From NCBI GenBank assembly GCA_040954595.2, contig CM082586.2, positions 711,123-775,122 on the forward strand: DNA of 64,000 nt, given 5' to 3'. Both the position numbers and the translations under genes were made by a program. Positions 22,320 to 36,700 of this stretch are shown piece by piece. The first letter of the stretch is position 1, and each line of letters opens with the position of its first letter. Source of the DNA: Balanoglossus misakiensis. Lineage: Eukaryota > Animalia > Hemichordata. The notes under the pieces were generated by a model. That model did not search any database, was not told the origin of the DNA, and saw only the letters and a program-made list of their open reading frames with translations.

Positions 22320-23781
22320 GTAAGTGAAAAAATCATGCAAGGTTGAAAAAATTGTGAGGATTTTTAAATGTCCATCTTATTTAAGGGTTTTATGCATCAG
22401 TTTTAAAACTGACTGTGTTGTCACATATGGGTCCCCTCAGTTTGATTATTTTTAACACCATAATATATTTCTTCCCTTAACATTTCTTTTTTCTGTACGA
22501 GTGTCAATTTCAGTGTGCATATGAAAATCAGGAATAAAATCATTTTCTGAAATGTTGAATGCATGTTTTGTTTTTTATTTTTCGGTAAAAGAACATCGAA
22601 TTTTCACCCATATTTTTCCTCAAAATAAAATATTTAGATTTCTATCAGAGTACTTATTTATTTGCTTTAATTTTGGGGGTGTAAATGTTTGCCTTTTTGT
22701 CGTATACTGTACATGGCAATCCGTTACTGCGCCCTCTTGCGGTTATGATTTGGAACACTAACGTTTGAAAGCTGATACTGGGCGCGTGTATATTGCTTGG
22801 TGTGAGAGAGTGCCCAGTGTAAATCGCAGTTGTGGAGCGGACTTGTGCCTATCTCTGAGTGTTTGTCAACCGATGAATGTGTAAACAGTTCAGATTGTTC
22901 CGTAACTACCTACTAGTACTTTACACCGGTGAAGTAGCTATTCGGGTAACTGATCGTGGATCAACGGAGGCGTGGGGCGTGTATGTTTGCAAGCAAACAT
23001 TTTGGAATCGACGAGGCACTGCAGTGAAAGTTTTGACGAAGATTGTTGTAATGGATTCCCAGAAGATGAAGCGACCTTGGTGTGATCATTCTTCTGGAAA
23101 CGTTGAACTTCGACAGGCATGATGTGTCATTACTTGTCGGCTTTTGAGGTAATGTAGATGTTTTCAATCTCTGGGACGCGAATTCTCACAAGCGAAAGGA
23201 AAGCGGAGATAAGTGTCTACAAAGTTGGAATTGATCACTGCTCTGTTTCTGCGTCCATCGAACGGGTCTCGCATACTACAGCGGAAGTTTTGAAAACGTC
23301 AAAACTGTGGCGAGCTGTCTGCATTGTCCTTTCCTTGCATCCGGAGAGCAAGAAAAGGGGCTGGAAATACTTGTGTGCGCCTATGAATAGAGCTCCGCGA
23401 CGCATGAATAAGAAAACTGACAACCCGTGAATAGATCCGACGGCCGACTGGATACTGTACAGTTTCAAACAAGGCATACTCCGGCGATCCACTCGAAAAC
23501 ACTTCTTTGTGGGACGTTCTGCCGCTCTGTGGATGTATGGCAAAGTTTGTAAACTCATGCGATCTGTGATCGCTACTCAGCTAGACTTTCTCCAATGCTA
23601 GCAACATAGATGCAGTTGTTGGAAAGTGTTCCTACCGATTGCGATTCGCTTTGTACTGACCTCGGAGTAATTCGATCTTGCCGATTATAATTTCGAGTCG
23701 GCTTTGTTTTCAACGTTGACAGATACCTCCGTGCCAGCCAGCACACAAGTTTATATTTTCTTTTCGCTCTGACTGGACAAT

Positions 23782-26700
23782 ATGGCCGACGCTGGGAAGA
23801 TTGTTGCGGTTTTCACGGTCTTAAGTTTCTTCTGTCAAGTTTTTGCCAGCGTCGGCGACAACTGTAAGAAAGCGACAACGTGCGAGCCACTGGAAACGGA
23901 TTTATGCCTTGGGACAAAATTGAGCCACACACATACTTCGACTATTTTGGCGAACGATTCGAACTCGCAAGACGATGTGAGGGTGAAGCTTGCCTTGTGG
24001 AGAGGTCTGCAAAATGTTCCCCGCTGTTGGGAGGTCATCCAACCGCTACTTTGTGCCGTCTACATGCCTAAATGCGAGAACGGTTTCGTCGAACTGCCAT
24101 CCATGGATATATGCTCAGTTACCAGAGGACCGTGTAAAATTGTTGAAGTCGACAGGGGGTGGCCATCTTTTCTACAATGTGACCAAGATCATTTTCGGGA
24201 AGGATGCGATGTAAGTAGTCAAATATATTTGATAGTGTAAATTTACAGTCGCGCGTGTGAGTTTCCGTTACGACCATTTAATTTGATTAAAATGTCAATA
24301 AGTTGGGCGGTGAATATATTTACTCTTGTGTTCTTATGTGTGAAGAGTTCAGGGGACACTGTAATTATCTTGGAAACAAACAGCTGAAATTGACGCACAT
24401 TAAAGAATTATGTAACTTTCAAAATTGACACATGGTTTATTGAAATCGACAACTTTTCGGTACATTGTATTCTCGATCACTGGAAATCGATACAAATTGT
24501 GTCTTTTTTGTCCATTAGCTTACGTTAGTCCTCCGATTACTTGCGCATTGCTGGCCATTACGCACGGCAATCAAGGTGTGGAAAGAATTTCCTGTTAAGA
24601 ATAAAAGTTTATACAAATGACAGGAAAACGTAATAAAAAGAGTCATTTATGTTATTAAGATCTATAAGGATGAGTCACTTTATCTTAATAACCGTGGAAT
24701 TCCAAAGATTTAAAGGATAATTGTAAATATATGAAATTATCAATAGTAATGTCTAACAAGACAGAAAAAACTAAAAAATCGTTTCCCTCTTGGCGAAAAA
24801 CGATGACTAAATTTCGTGATGGGATAAGTTGATATGCCAGTAACATGTTCAATAAAACTGAAGGATGCTGTCTTGAGTCGATGGTTCCTTTGTGATTAGT
24901 TTCGTGCATGGAATTTGACAAGACTCTGTCAAAATACTTCAAGACATCCCTTCCTGAATCGCTATTGTTCTTGCTATTGTTGTTGTCTTCTTATTCCCAT
25001 GTTGTTTCATTGTTTGTGAAACAATGATCTGAAGTCTTTTTGATTGGTCAAACATGGCAGAGGTTCGTCAGGTCTACCCAGCATGCATCAGCATTGCCAT
25101 GGTATTACTCATGCATACATTTTGAAGTCACAAAACTGAATTCTGAATATTAGCTTCTTTGATGGTTTTGTGACACCTTTTTCAAGGGTTTGTGTTTGGT
25201 CAAATAACTCAAGTACCTACTATGTTATACAAGCATTTCAATTTGTTTATTTTAGATTTACAAGCAGTTTGACAGAATCCTGTAAATTACTGTTTTCTGC
25301 AGCAAGACAACATCATCTGGTAGCAGAGTGAATTACTTCTGGGTTTAACCACACCCCACAGATCCCTCAAAGTTTTGTTTTACCCTCAAATATTAATTTG
25401 TCTTTCAGAATACCTATGCTCAACTCACCTTCAACACAACATCTGGATGTGAGCCACCATTAGTGGAGACAGATAATGACAACAGTTGGTATGAGGGCGT
25501 GGAAGGATGTGGAATTCAATGCAAAAATCCCTTGTTCACTGACAAGGAACACGATCAAGTTCATTTATTTATCGCCATCATGGCTTCAATATGTGTGGTG
25601 TGTACATTTTTCACCTTGGTAAGTAATTTTATCCAAAATCTCATGAAGTCTATTGGTTAGTCACTTCGGTTGATAAGTGAAACCCATTCATATCTATATT
25701 CTGTGACTGTGTGTAACTATGGTGCCACTAAGATCAAGTTTGAAATGTCTGCATAACAATCAGTGGGTCCATGCGTCAAAAATGAGATTTAAAAGACATA
25801 TTTGGAAAGGCAAAAGTGTTTTTCTTTCCGTTCATAGAAGGAGTGTGTTTTCAGAAAGTTGAACTTTTGACAACATTGTTACTTGAAGAATTGCCTCCAT
25901 TTTGTTTTCTATGCCCGGAGGCTGGTATTCATATAGCGTACATGTGCCTTTCCAGTTGTGTCTAAAGAATTCTGTGTTCTGCATATGAATGCAACAAATG
26001 GCTATTTTGTGGGTGTTTAGCATAACAACTGCAGTCGTTGGAGCTTGCAACAATGGCCGCCCAACATATGAGAAGACAGACCACCCACTAATACCTTACA
26101 TTAGACGGGTAATTATAGGAGAAAAGTTGCAGTCCGGCGTTTTCTAACCAGTACCGTTGCCACAGAGACACAAAAATCCCTGCAGCATAAACCTTATAAC
26201 CGCGTAGATAGACAAGAAAGTAGAAACTGATCTTCGTAGTTGTTACAGTCAGACACAAAACAGATTAAATCTTGCCTGCAAACAGTTCACTTTGTATCAG
26301 TGATGGCTAGAGTTTTAAATTTCTACTCCTTGTTGTTTTGGCCAGACAGCGATTATGTCATGAAATACTACGTCACACATTCTTTTGAATGTAATGAAGC
26401 AGAATTTACTTCTTATTCTCTGCCGAAGCTAAGTTTAAATTCATCTGCATATCTTGAAACACAAAAATAGAACCAAGGAGGCGAAACTGGCAAACAGTAC
26501 AGAATACAAAATATTGATACTATGTTATTCAATAAGTATTCCCAGAATTAGTTTGATGGTCCATTACCAAAATAAAAACTCATTTTCAAATGAGCATCTT
26601 TTTTATATCAACAGGCAACTTTCTTTGCTGATTGGAAGAACTCCAACAAATATCCAGCCTTGATCTTATTTTACATGAATGGTTGTTTCTTTGTTGGGAG

Positions 26701-29690
26701 TATCGGGTGGTTGGCGCAATTTACAGAAGGTGCTCGCGATGATATCGTCTGTCGGAGAGATGGAACTTTACGATTGGCAGAGCCAAGGTTAGTCTCTTTT
26801 AGGCTTGTGCTGAGGTTGGAACAAATCCACCAAAATCCTAAGCTTTATCCTGAATCGTCTCAAATTCCGTAATTTGATCTCAAATGTTTCCCTGGTGGTC
26901 AGGGTTGAACTTTTGTGCTTTCAGGTGAATCCAAGTTTACGATTTCTGTTGATTTGCTGCAGCTGTTGGGGACCTTTTGTATTCTAGTGATACTTAGACT
27001 GTTGCAAACACACGACACCAAATCCACTTTGGTCATAGTTGAGTGAGAGTGGAATGCGCTTTATATTAAATGATTCTTTATAGCATATAGCATAGCTATC
27101 CACAATCACATGTTGCAAATGGCCATGAATATTAAGTGAAATAAATCTGAAATAAATCTTTTTCTTTTACAGCCAAGGTGAAAACTTATCCTGTGTCATT
27201 ATCTTCATAATCGTTTATTATTTTCTGATGGCTGGTGTGTCCTGGTTTGTCATGCTGACCTATGCTTGGCATCTGTCTTTCTCTAACCTTGGTACTTCCA
27301 AGGGTGATGCTTTGCAAGGAAAGGTTTCATATTTCCATATCATTTGCTGGAGTTTGCCTCTGGTCTTGGTGATTATCATATTAGCAGTGGGAGAGGTAAG
27401 ATTTTCAACCAATTGCTAACATTTGAATTCTTTGTGGTCACTTTAAACAATTTCAATTTCAATGGCAACCAAGTGCTTCAAGTTGATTGTCTTTGTGTCA
27501 GTCTAATATTTTCTATTCAATTTATAGGTTGATGGTGATTCAGTCAGTGGTATTTGTTTTGTGGGATACAAGAATCATTATTTCAGAGGAGGTTTCGTCT
27601 TGGCACCCATTGCAGTTGTTCTCACGGCAGGTGGCTTCTTCCTAACCAGGGGTAAGTTCAACTGAACAGATATGATTCAAAGCAGTCCCAACATTTCACA
27701 CCACAACAAAATTGATGATTTCTAGATTTGCTAGTTTTGTCATGTTAGATTGTAAAAATGACTTTTTAATTCTTTTCCATTGTAGGACTTGCCACTCTGT
27801 GCAGTGTTAAAAAGAGCAGTCCGGAACTCTTGAATGACAGAGCATCTCATAAAATCAAAGAGACCATTGTAAGGATCGGTAGGTGAACAAATTCAATAAT
27901 GATACACAATTTTGAAATTGCTTTTTATCAAGTTTTGTTTTGGTAAAAATGTTTATTCTCAATGAAATTTTTGTTTTTCTACCTGCAGGAGTTTTTGCGT
28001 TATTGTGTTTCCTGTTTGTGTTTACAACATTTGCGTGTCATGTGTACGACTTCAGTAACCAACATCTGTGGGAGATTGGCTTCAGAGATTATATTCTGTA
28101 AGTACAATTTATGTTTAGTTGGATTTACTTTTCCGCTCAAATAAAATCCTATTCTCTTATGTCTGCATGCTTCTCATGACAATTGAATCAAGCTAAAAGG
28201 GAATGGATGATTAATATTTTTGTTGAAAATTTATTTTTGCTGCACATTTAGGTGTGAGGCCAATGTTACCATCTATAAGGAGCTGGACATGGAACCTGTA
28301 ACTTGTTCCATCAATCCTAGACCCAGTCTGGCCATCTACCTTGTCCATCTTGCTTCTTTGTTTGGTGCCGGAATTGTAATGAGCACATGGGTGTGGACAC
28401 CATCAACTCTTCAAATATGGCAGAGGATGTGGAGAAAGTGAGTTGATGAATTTTTCCTTGATGGCTTCTTTTATTATTAAACCATTCTCAATAACTTCTT
28501 TTGGTAAAAAAGGGTAAGATCGTTTAATTATGGAAGTCAGTGGTCAATCCAGTTGCTGAAAGTACAAGTAAATATTTTCTTACTTCTGACTGTCTATAAC
28601 ATTGTTTATCATTATCTCTTTTCTCTGATTGGTTCATTCCTTGCCACCAGGGTCACAATGCAGCCAATCAATGAACCTCAACGAGTGAAGAAGAGTCGAA
28701 TGATTGCTAAAGCTTTTGCCAGGAGAGTCAACAGAGGAGGTGATGAAGTCTCAGATGATGACAAGATATCCATCAGTTTTGAAACAGTGTCTCATGATGA
28801 TCCATTAGGTAATATGTGATTTAGTGGTGACTGCTATATTATTTTCATTCTGTCCTTTTGGACATAGTTCCATGGCTGCCAGTATTCACGTCAACATAGC
28901 AAGAGTTCATTTTACATATAGAGACTCAGTATGTACATGAACTTTAATACTCTTTCCCTTGTTTGTCATTTCAGGAATGGATTTAGAACTGAACAAATCA
29001 TGTACTTCCACGGACAGTTCATCTCAGTGGACCAATGTTCCCATGAGAATGTTGACCAGACGAGGTGCCACTGTGTTGCCTCCCTCTTCTTCTACATCAA
29101 CGACACCAACACCAGGTGAATATAGACAGAAAGAAATTTAAATACTTTCCCAGATTTTATGGTTTCTTTTACCAATTCTTCATGAAAATGTACAGTTATT
29201 AATTGTTTGATGCCGGTAAAATTTTATTGTGGTTATTTTTACCATAAAATCTCAGTTGAAATATATTTTGTTTGTCATCACAGAGCCATATGACTGCAGA
29301 CAATTAACACCAACAGAACTTCCAGAAGCAAGTCTGATTATTGAAAAGGGTAAAGACAGAAGTCCCGTGAAGAAACACAAAAATCGAACACGGAAGAAGA
29401 AGCGAGAGAAACCAATGCAGAGCTTCCATCGACCGACAAACTTGATCAGCGAGCAACATGTGTCAGACAGTGCTGAAGATTTACAAGCAGACTTTATTCT
29501 GATGGGCCCCAGAGTTTCAGGAATCTCACAGAATGTGAATGGAGATGAGCCAACAGAATCTACCTCAGTGGATGAGAACAATCGATCAACTGTGCCAAAG
29601 TTACCTGCAATTAGTCACAGAAGAGTCAACATTGTGGGTGGAATGGAACCACTTAAAGTACTAGGTCTTCCTGGTCAGAGTGATACTTAA
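23782..29690 (+). CDS. SMO: Smoothened (class F GPCR), about 11 coding exons
   Basis: Signal peptide, CRD ([27 protein letters not shown]), [49 protein letters not shown]. Confidence 0.97.
26079..26087 (+). promoter_or_regulatory. Perfect GLI consensus site in SMO intron 2
   Basis: GACCACCCA; variant GGCCGCCCA at 26055-26063. Motif match only. Confidence 0.35.
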
Positions 29691-30669
29691 TTATGTGTTT
29701 TACCTGAAAAAAAATTATTTTCAAAAAGTTTGTAGATTATGCATTAATGATGTTTTACAATGCATTGGCATGATAAATGTGCCTTTTCACCTCTGTAGTG
29801 TTTTGTTATGTTCTATGTTACTTCTTGGGAATGAAATTTGATATTGAGACTTAAATCATGATAATCTTTGATAAGAATTTTGATTCTTCATTTACAGAAA
29901 TTTTTCAAAAACAAACTTCATGATGTTAGCTGTCTGCAGTATTACATGGTTTTGCCTTAATAAATGACCATGATTGTTATGCTAAAATCAGACTTGATTT
30001 AGATCTTATCGAATCAAATCTAAGTTGATTATTTAAGAAGAAAATATGCTGTAGTTTTGTGAAAGAGAAGATAGAAATATCACTGTGTGATAATCAGCCA
30101 AAATTATATTAATATTTTACAGGTGCTATTATAATAATAATCATTATTATATAAAATGATCTCACTATGCATATAGACAATCTATTAGATTATGTGCTTT
30201 AAAAATGTTATCTACTCGAGTGAGACCTTTTACTTCGACAATGGTAATATTTTCTAACTTGTTTTCATGTAAATTAGACAAAAATATTTTTTTAGTTGTA
30301 GCAAAGTATATTTTATTGTATCCATCAAAATGTACAGTAGTTTATATGCTAGAATTTTTCAAGTGTTATCTTTTGGCATGTTTTGCATCATTTAAAAATA
30401 TTTCCTTCAATTCAAAAACTGTACAAACTGAAAACATTTGATAACTATATAGTAGACTCTCTATGTGAGTCAAAACTTATTGATATTTTTGATAGATGGT
30501 AAAGCTTTGTAATATTTTTGTATATCAATCATTTCTTTATACAAATTTTACTAGTATATCTCAAACCATGTATGTTCTTAATACACAGTAGATTTTAATT
30601 TCAAGAATAAAGAAAGTTCATTGTCAAATGTTCTGACTATTCTTTTTCTTGTTTCTTTTGGATGTCCGG

Positions 30670-31029
30670 CCCGAACCACGTGCCCGAACGAAGCACTTGC
30701 ATTGAATTATTTCATACTGCCATAGGGGGCAGTGTTGTCTGCCACTGTATAAACGCAACGCGCATGTGCGATTGGCGTTCTATCTGGAAACACAGGGTTT
30801 TCTCTGTTTATACCGTAAAGGTAACTCAAAGTGCGCTGGTAACATTTTTTAAGGAAAATTATTCGGTTGGCCATTCCGGCTATCAAATGGCTGCCAATAT
30901 TTCCATATTCCATATTCGAGATTCACGTGTGACCTCAAATCTCGCAGATGACCTGAGTTGAAAGGTCATACACGTGTGGTGAGTTTCACGTGTGAGTTTC
31001 TGTGTCGCAAAAGTACAGGAAGTAGGAAG
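30670..31029 (+). promoter_or_regulatory. Bystin promoter with four CACGTG E-boxes
   Basis: CACGTG at 30677, 30924, 30971 and 30987, plus CCAAT boxes. Confidence 0.6.
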
Positions 31030-33323
31030 ATGGGCAAGTCAAAACGATCAAAATCGGCACGAAAGGAGGGTGATCGACCCGATAGGAATGTTTCTCTTGC
31101 AGAGCAGATTCTAGAGGACAGGACAGTACACGGCAGCGAACGATCAAAAGTCAGGAATCGTCAAGAAGAAGAAACGGTGAGTTTCGCCGCTGGTTGATTT
31201 CCTCAGCTGTGTGTGAACTCATGGTCGTCCTACGATGTTTCATCATCATAATAAGTTGCACGTGGATGCATATAAGTCATTGAGAAATAATAGATTATGT
31301 TAATTATCCATTCACAGTTTGTTGATGAGAAACTATCAAGAAAAATTCTGGAGCAAGCCAGGCTACAACAAGAAGAGCTTGAAAATGAACACGGACTTGG
31401 GTTGGTATTTTCGTCTTCCACTGAGGCATGTGGCCTATGAAACACTTCTATGTTGTATCATGCTAAAAGTAGTACAATTTGAAATTCGAAGCCCAGACAA
31501 TGTGGTTTTCTTTCTGCATGTAAAGAATGCCTATCTCCAAATTTTAATTTATGGTTTCAGAGCAAGTTCAAGTGCCCGGTCAAAAATTACAAGTCTTGGT
31601 CCTCCAAGGGATGATGATGGAGATGACGATGATGAAGCTGTATCAGATGAAGAATTTCCAGAACATACAGGAGAATTTTATGAACATTTTGTGAGTTATT
31701 TTACTTCAGTCAAGTGATGATGTTGAAACTTTCTCAATTACATTAAGGACCCACTCAGCTGTGTCTTAGTAACTTAATGACATAAAATGCTTCAATATAT
31801 CATTTGTATGACAGGAAGTTGATGAAGAAGATGAGAAAGCACTTGAAATATTTATGAACAAATCAGCTCCCATGAGAAGAACCTTAGCTGACATCATCAT
31901 GGAGAAATTGACAGAGAAACAAACAGAAGTTGCCAGTCAAATGTCAGATACCAGCATACCGATGTCACAGTTAGACGAACGAGTCATCAGAGTCTACAAA
32001 GGTGTTGGAGAAGTTTTGTCGAAATACAGAAGTGGAAAGTTACCCAAGGCTTTTAAAATTGTTCCTACTTTAGCAAACTGGGAACAGGTAAGAGACATTT
32101 GCACAAGCCTAGTTTGTCTTCCAAGAAAAACATGGAAATGATAGATGAATCACTCATTCTCTTAATATCTCTTGCAATCTCTATTTCCAGATTGTGTACA
32201 TCACAGAACCTGATAGATGGACTGCAGCAGCCATGTATCAAGCCACCAGAATATTTGTCAGTAATCTCAACGCAAAGATGGCACAGAGGTGAGTATCATA
32301 CAATGTATATGCTTGGATCTGACATTATTTAAGATCATGTTCTGATTGTAATCATTTGTTTATTTTATATTTCAGGTTTTTCAATTTAGTTTTACTTCCA
32401 AGAATACGGGACGATATTGCAGAATACAAAAGACTAAACTACCATCTTTACATGGTAACTATAAGAACATCCTTTTTTGCTAGTTAACATACATCTAAAA
32501 TCTAACTCATGTTTAAATAGCAGAAAAAACTTCTTGGAGAAATGTTATTTCTGACGTGTTACTATTTTTACTTCCCAGGCTTTGAAGAAAGCTGTCTTTA
32601 AACCTGCTGCGTTTTTCAAAGGAATAATTCTGCCGTTGTGTGAGGTATGTAACCAAACTGATGGAGTCACACCAATGAAAATATCAGTATGTATATGTAG
32701 AGGTCACAATAATGGTCAACTAACGTTTATCTTGTTTCTTTCTCATACTAGTGTGGCACATGTACACTACGAGAAGCTGTCATCATGGGAAGTATCATCA
32801 CCAAAGTGTCCATCCCTGTACTCCACTCCAGTGCAGCTTTGTTGAAAATTGCGGAAATGGATTACAACGGTGCAAATAGCATATTTCTCAGACTCTTGAT
32901 TGATAAGAAGTACGCTCTTCCCTACAGAGTTATAGATGCTGTGGTGCATCATTTCTTGAGGTAAGCATTCCAGATCATGTCGATTTTACTGCCAGGCAAG
33001 TTCAACTTGGACTGTACCATTCTCTGGTGGCAAAGATTACGGTTATGACTGTACAGTTCATGATTTGAAAACCAACAAAAAACTTTTGCTTTTTTGTTTT
33101 TCAAAGGTTTCTACATGACAAGAGAAGCCTACCAGTGCTGTGGCATCAAAGTTTGTTGACCTTTGTTCAGCGTTACAAAGAAGACATCTCCACAGAGCAG
33201 AAAGAGGCTTTGATGGATTTACTGAGAAACCAGACGCATGAGCAGATCACACCAGATATCAGACGCGAATTATTGCATTCAAAATGTCGAGATGCTGAAA
33301 CTGATCAGCCGATGGGGATGTAG
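31030..33323 (+). CDS. BYSL: Bystin (40S biogenesis factor, Enp1)
   Basis: [69 protein letters not shown]; multi-exon GT-AG. Confidence 0.96.
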
Positions 33324-33579
33324 TGGGGCAGAAATGAATGTCAAACTGTGGAAATAAAGGCACAAAGAAAAATTGAAATTTTGTTTTATGAGTCTGTGTT
33401 TAGAGTGCGTGTCTGAGAGAAGTCATGGTTCTAGTCTTGAATTTTATTTTTATCTTGCAAGTTGTGCAAAACATATGGGAGCATGGATATGCATCAAAGC
33501 TTGATCGAATACAGAAAGGTTAAGGCGTTTATATGTGTATGTGAGTGCGCATTGCAAGCCAAAGTACATTTGCAACCAA

Positions 33580-33748
33580 CATTCAGCTTTGAAATCGACA
33601 AGGGAGTTCCCGGAGGATTCATCAGATGACGTCATCGATTTAAAACGTTGACGTGGGAACCCTACGCATGCGCCATAATCCTTTACAAAACTTTCCCGCG
33701 AAGTGATCAGCTGTTTGTGAGGTGGTAACGTACACACCCCATCAAATC
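33580..33748 (+). promoter_or_regulatory. MSH6 proximal promoter
   Basis: E2F-like TTTCCCGCG at 33692-33700 and CRE TGACGTCA near 33627. Confidence 0.55.
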
Positions 33749-36700
33749 ATGTCGAAACAAAACACTCTCTTTTCGTATTTCACAAAATCTCCAGCGGTGA
33801 CATCGAAGAAAAGACCTGCAGATGTGTCAAGCACAAAATCGAAGAACTCGTCGCCCGGAGAGACAGCGAAACAACAGGAATCTCTTTCAAAACAAAATGG
33901 CGAGTCAGGTCAGCTGTGTTTACCTTTAAAGATTGAAGTCAAAAGCGATCTGCAAAGAAATTCATACACGTGCATGTGTTGACATCGAGTATGTGACTTT
34001 GCACGTCCTCTTACATGAACACACATGTAATGTACGCAAGTTCACTGAACAATTTAGCCGTGCGTTGTCAGTGTCAGTTTCACACGTGCGCACACGCCCC
34101 CTTCTCATAGAGGCACTTCCCACACTGTATGCAGCTACTGAGCTGGGCATGCACGCTTCGAGGAAAGACTTGTGTTAACATTGGTGTTCTTGATCTGTGG
34201 GAAATGAAAGGGGTAAGTTGACGATAGTTGTTTTTTTCCCTGCAGCATGTGAACACAATGTTGGTGATGTTGTGTGGGCCAAGCTGGATCGATTTCCTTG
34301 GTGGCCAAGTCTAGTCTGCAAACACCCAACTAAGGGTACACACTATCAGGAAGGCAAAACTCTAATGGTACATGTGCAGTTCTTTGATGAGACAAAAAGC
34401 AGAGCATGGATTAAAAACAAGTAAGTCCCTCTGAACTGAATATCTCTTGGAAAGAGGAAAATTTTTGATTTGTGTTTTCATGATGAAGCCAGTTTATATC
34501 ACAGTACATCATCTCATATGAATGTTAATGTAAGTTACATATGAAATTCGTTGCCAGATATGTCAAATCTTTCAATGGATCCACAACAAAAGAAGCCCGA
34601 CGTGGAGGAGCATTTTTCAGCCCAAACCCAGACATACAGAAAAGTGCTAAGTATGCAGACAAAGTTCTCGAACAAAGTCTTGAAGAAAGATTAAAGTTGG
34701 TTGTGTGTGCTCCATCAGATGAAGAAGAAGAAGAAGATGGTGATGATGAATGTGATGGAGTTGAAGATGCAGAGGATGAGGAGCAGGATGTAGAAGATGA
34801 TGGTAAGCTCTTTGAGTGAAAGAAAATAATCAAAACATTGCAACATTTTCATTGAAAATAAATCATTAAAGGCACAGACACACAAGCCCAAAGATGATAA
34901 AACTCATTATACTAAGAGTTTTTGTCAATTTCAGGAGATCATAGAAATGGTGACAAAGAGAATATTGGGATAGACAGTGACAGTGATGATGAAGTTATTG
35001 GGAGACGGAAACCACCAACAAAGCGTCCTCGTGAGGCATCTCGGAAAGCTGCTGCAAGGATTCAACACAAGCAAAAGAAAAGGAAAGTGATTCTGGAATC
35101 TGGAAGTGAAGATGATGAGGATTCTGGTGAGAGATTGATTTGTCATACTCAGTTGTTTTGTATCACCATTTGTATTTTCGATTGGTTCATCTGTTTAAGT
35201 CATAACATTCCTTCTGTATGTTTGATCAGAAGATGAATTTCGCCCAGAAAGTGATGCAGACTCTGATGAAAGTATGAGCAGTGGAATTGATGAGAATGAT
35301 ATAACAGAATCCTCAGAATCAGATCCTGAAACACCAAAGAAACCTGCGAAGAGAAAACGTGGAACTGCAACTCCAAGAGCAGCACCTAGTGTGAAGAAAT
35401 CTCTAACTGAACTCACCACACCAAAGACAGGAATAAGCGGTGCAAGGACACCATCCAGAACTCCAAGTGTTGCCTCGGCAACCAAGGCTAAATTGGCAAT
35501 GTTCCAAGCTCCAGAGGTGAGTTTATGATTGTCCTGTTACATTTTGTGTGGAAGTTTAATCTGGAGGTGATGTTGAACAAAAATAATGAAGAGTTTTGTG
35601 TCTTATTTTTTCTCAGGTTTCTGGTTCACCTTCCCCAACAGTTGAACCTGCAGAGAAATTCCCACATCACGACTACGAATGGCTGAAAGAAGGGAAGAGG
35701 AGGTACATGTATCTCTCATTCTGATTGGCTTTCAGGCAGCATTGCATGACATACTGACCAATCCCCTATACCGAGGCATTGTGGAATGATCGAATTTTAT
35801 TGAATTTGTGATCACCATTTCTCATTGGCTTTGAAGTGTCATTTTTAGTGAAAATATTAATGAAAGAAATTATGTATTGTTTTCATCAGAGATAAAAAGA
35901 AACGTTTGCAGACTGACCCAGACTATGACCCTGGAACATTGCATGTTCCTGAGTGTTTTCTGCATTCTTGCACTCCGGTAAGTCACTGTAATTATAGTTG
36001 CCAAGAACCTCATGGTTGCAATTTTCTGTTTTCTATCAAATTTTGACACTTGTAGCCCCCGCAAGTGACTATTCTGTTTCACTTGCAGGCTATGAGACAA
36101 TGGTGGGAAATGAAATCACAGAATTTTGATGCTGTGTTGTTTTTCAAGGTAAGAAAAGTTTGAGGTTTTCTGAGGAAGGTGGAAGTATGTACCAATGCGG
36201 CATAAATCACTATTGAGAAATAATTATTTTTCTTTATTTTGTCAGATGGGAAAATTCTACGAGTTGTACCACATGGACAGTGAAACCGCTGTGAAGGAGT
36301 TGGGGCTGATATTCATGAAGGTAAGACATGATTTGACAGATGCAAGTCATTCAACCACAGGCAACTCCCTTTGCTTAAACCCTTCAACGCCAATGGTTCA
36401 CTCCAACCCCATTGTTTCCTATGGTAAGGTTGGACCTCTATACAGGGAAAAGGGTGTGACAGGGTTGAACTCTCTTCCACTTTTAGGGCCAGTTTGCTCA
36501 TTCTGGATTTCCTGAGATAGCATTTGGTCGCTATGCCAACACACTGATAGAAAAGGGATACAGGGTTGCTAGGATAGAACAAACAGAGACACCAGATATG
36601 ATGCAAGAAAGATGCAAGAAAAGTAAGACAATTTTTTCTTGTTTTCATTGTCTTTTTGAAGTGCATGCTAGTCAGTGTTTCCTCCAAGGTGTTGAAAATG

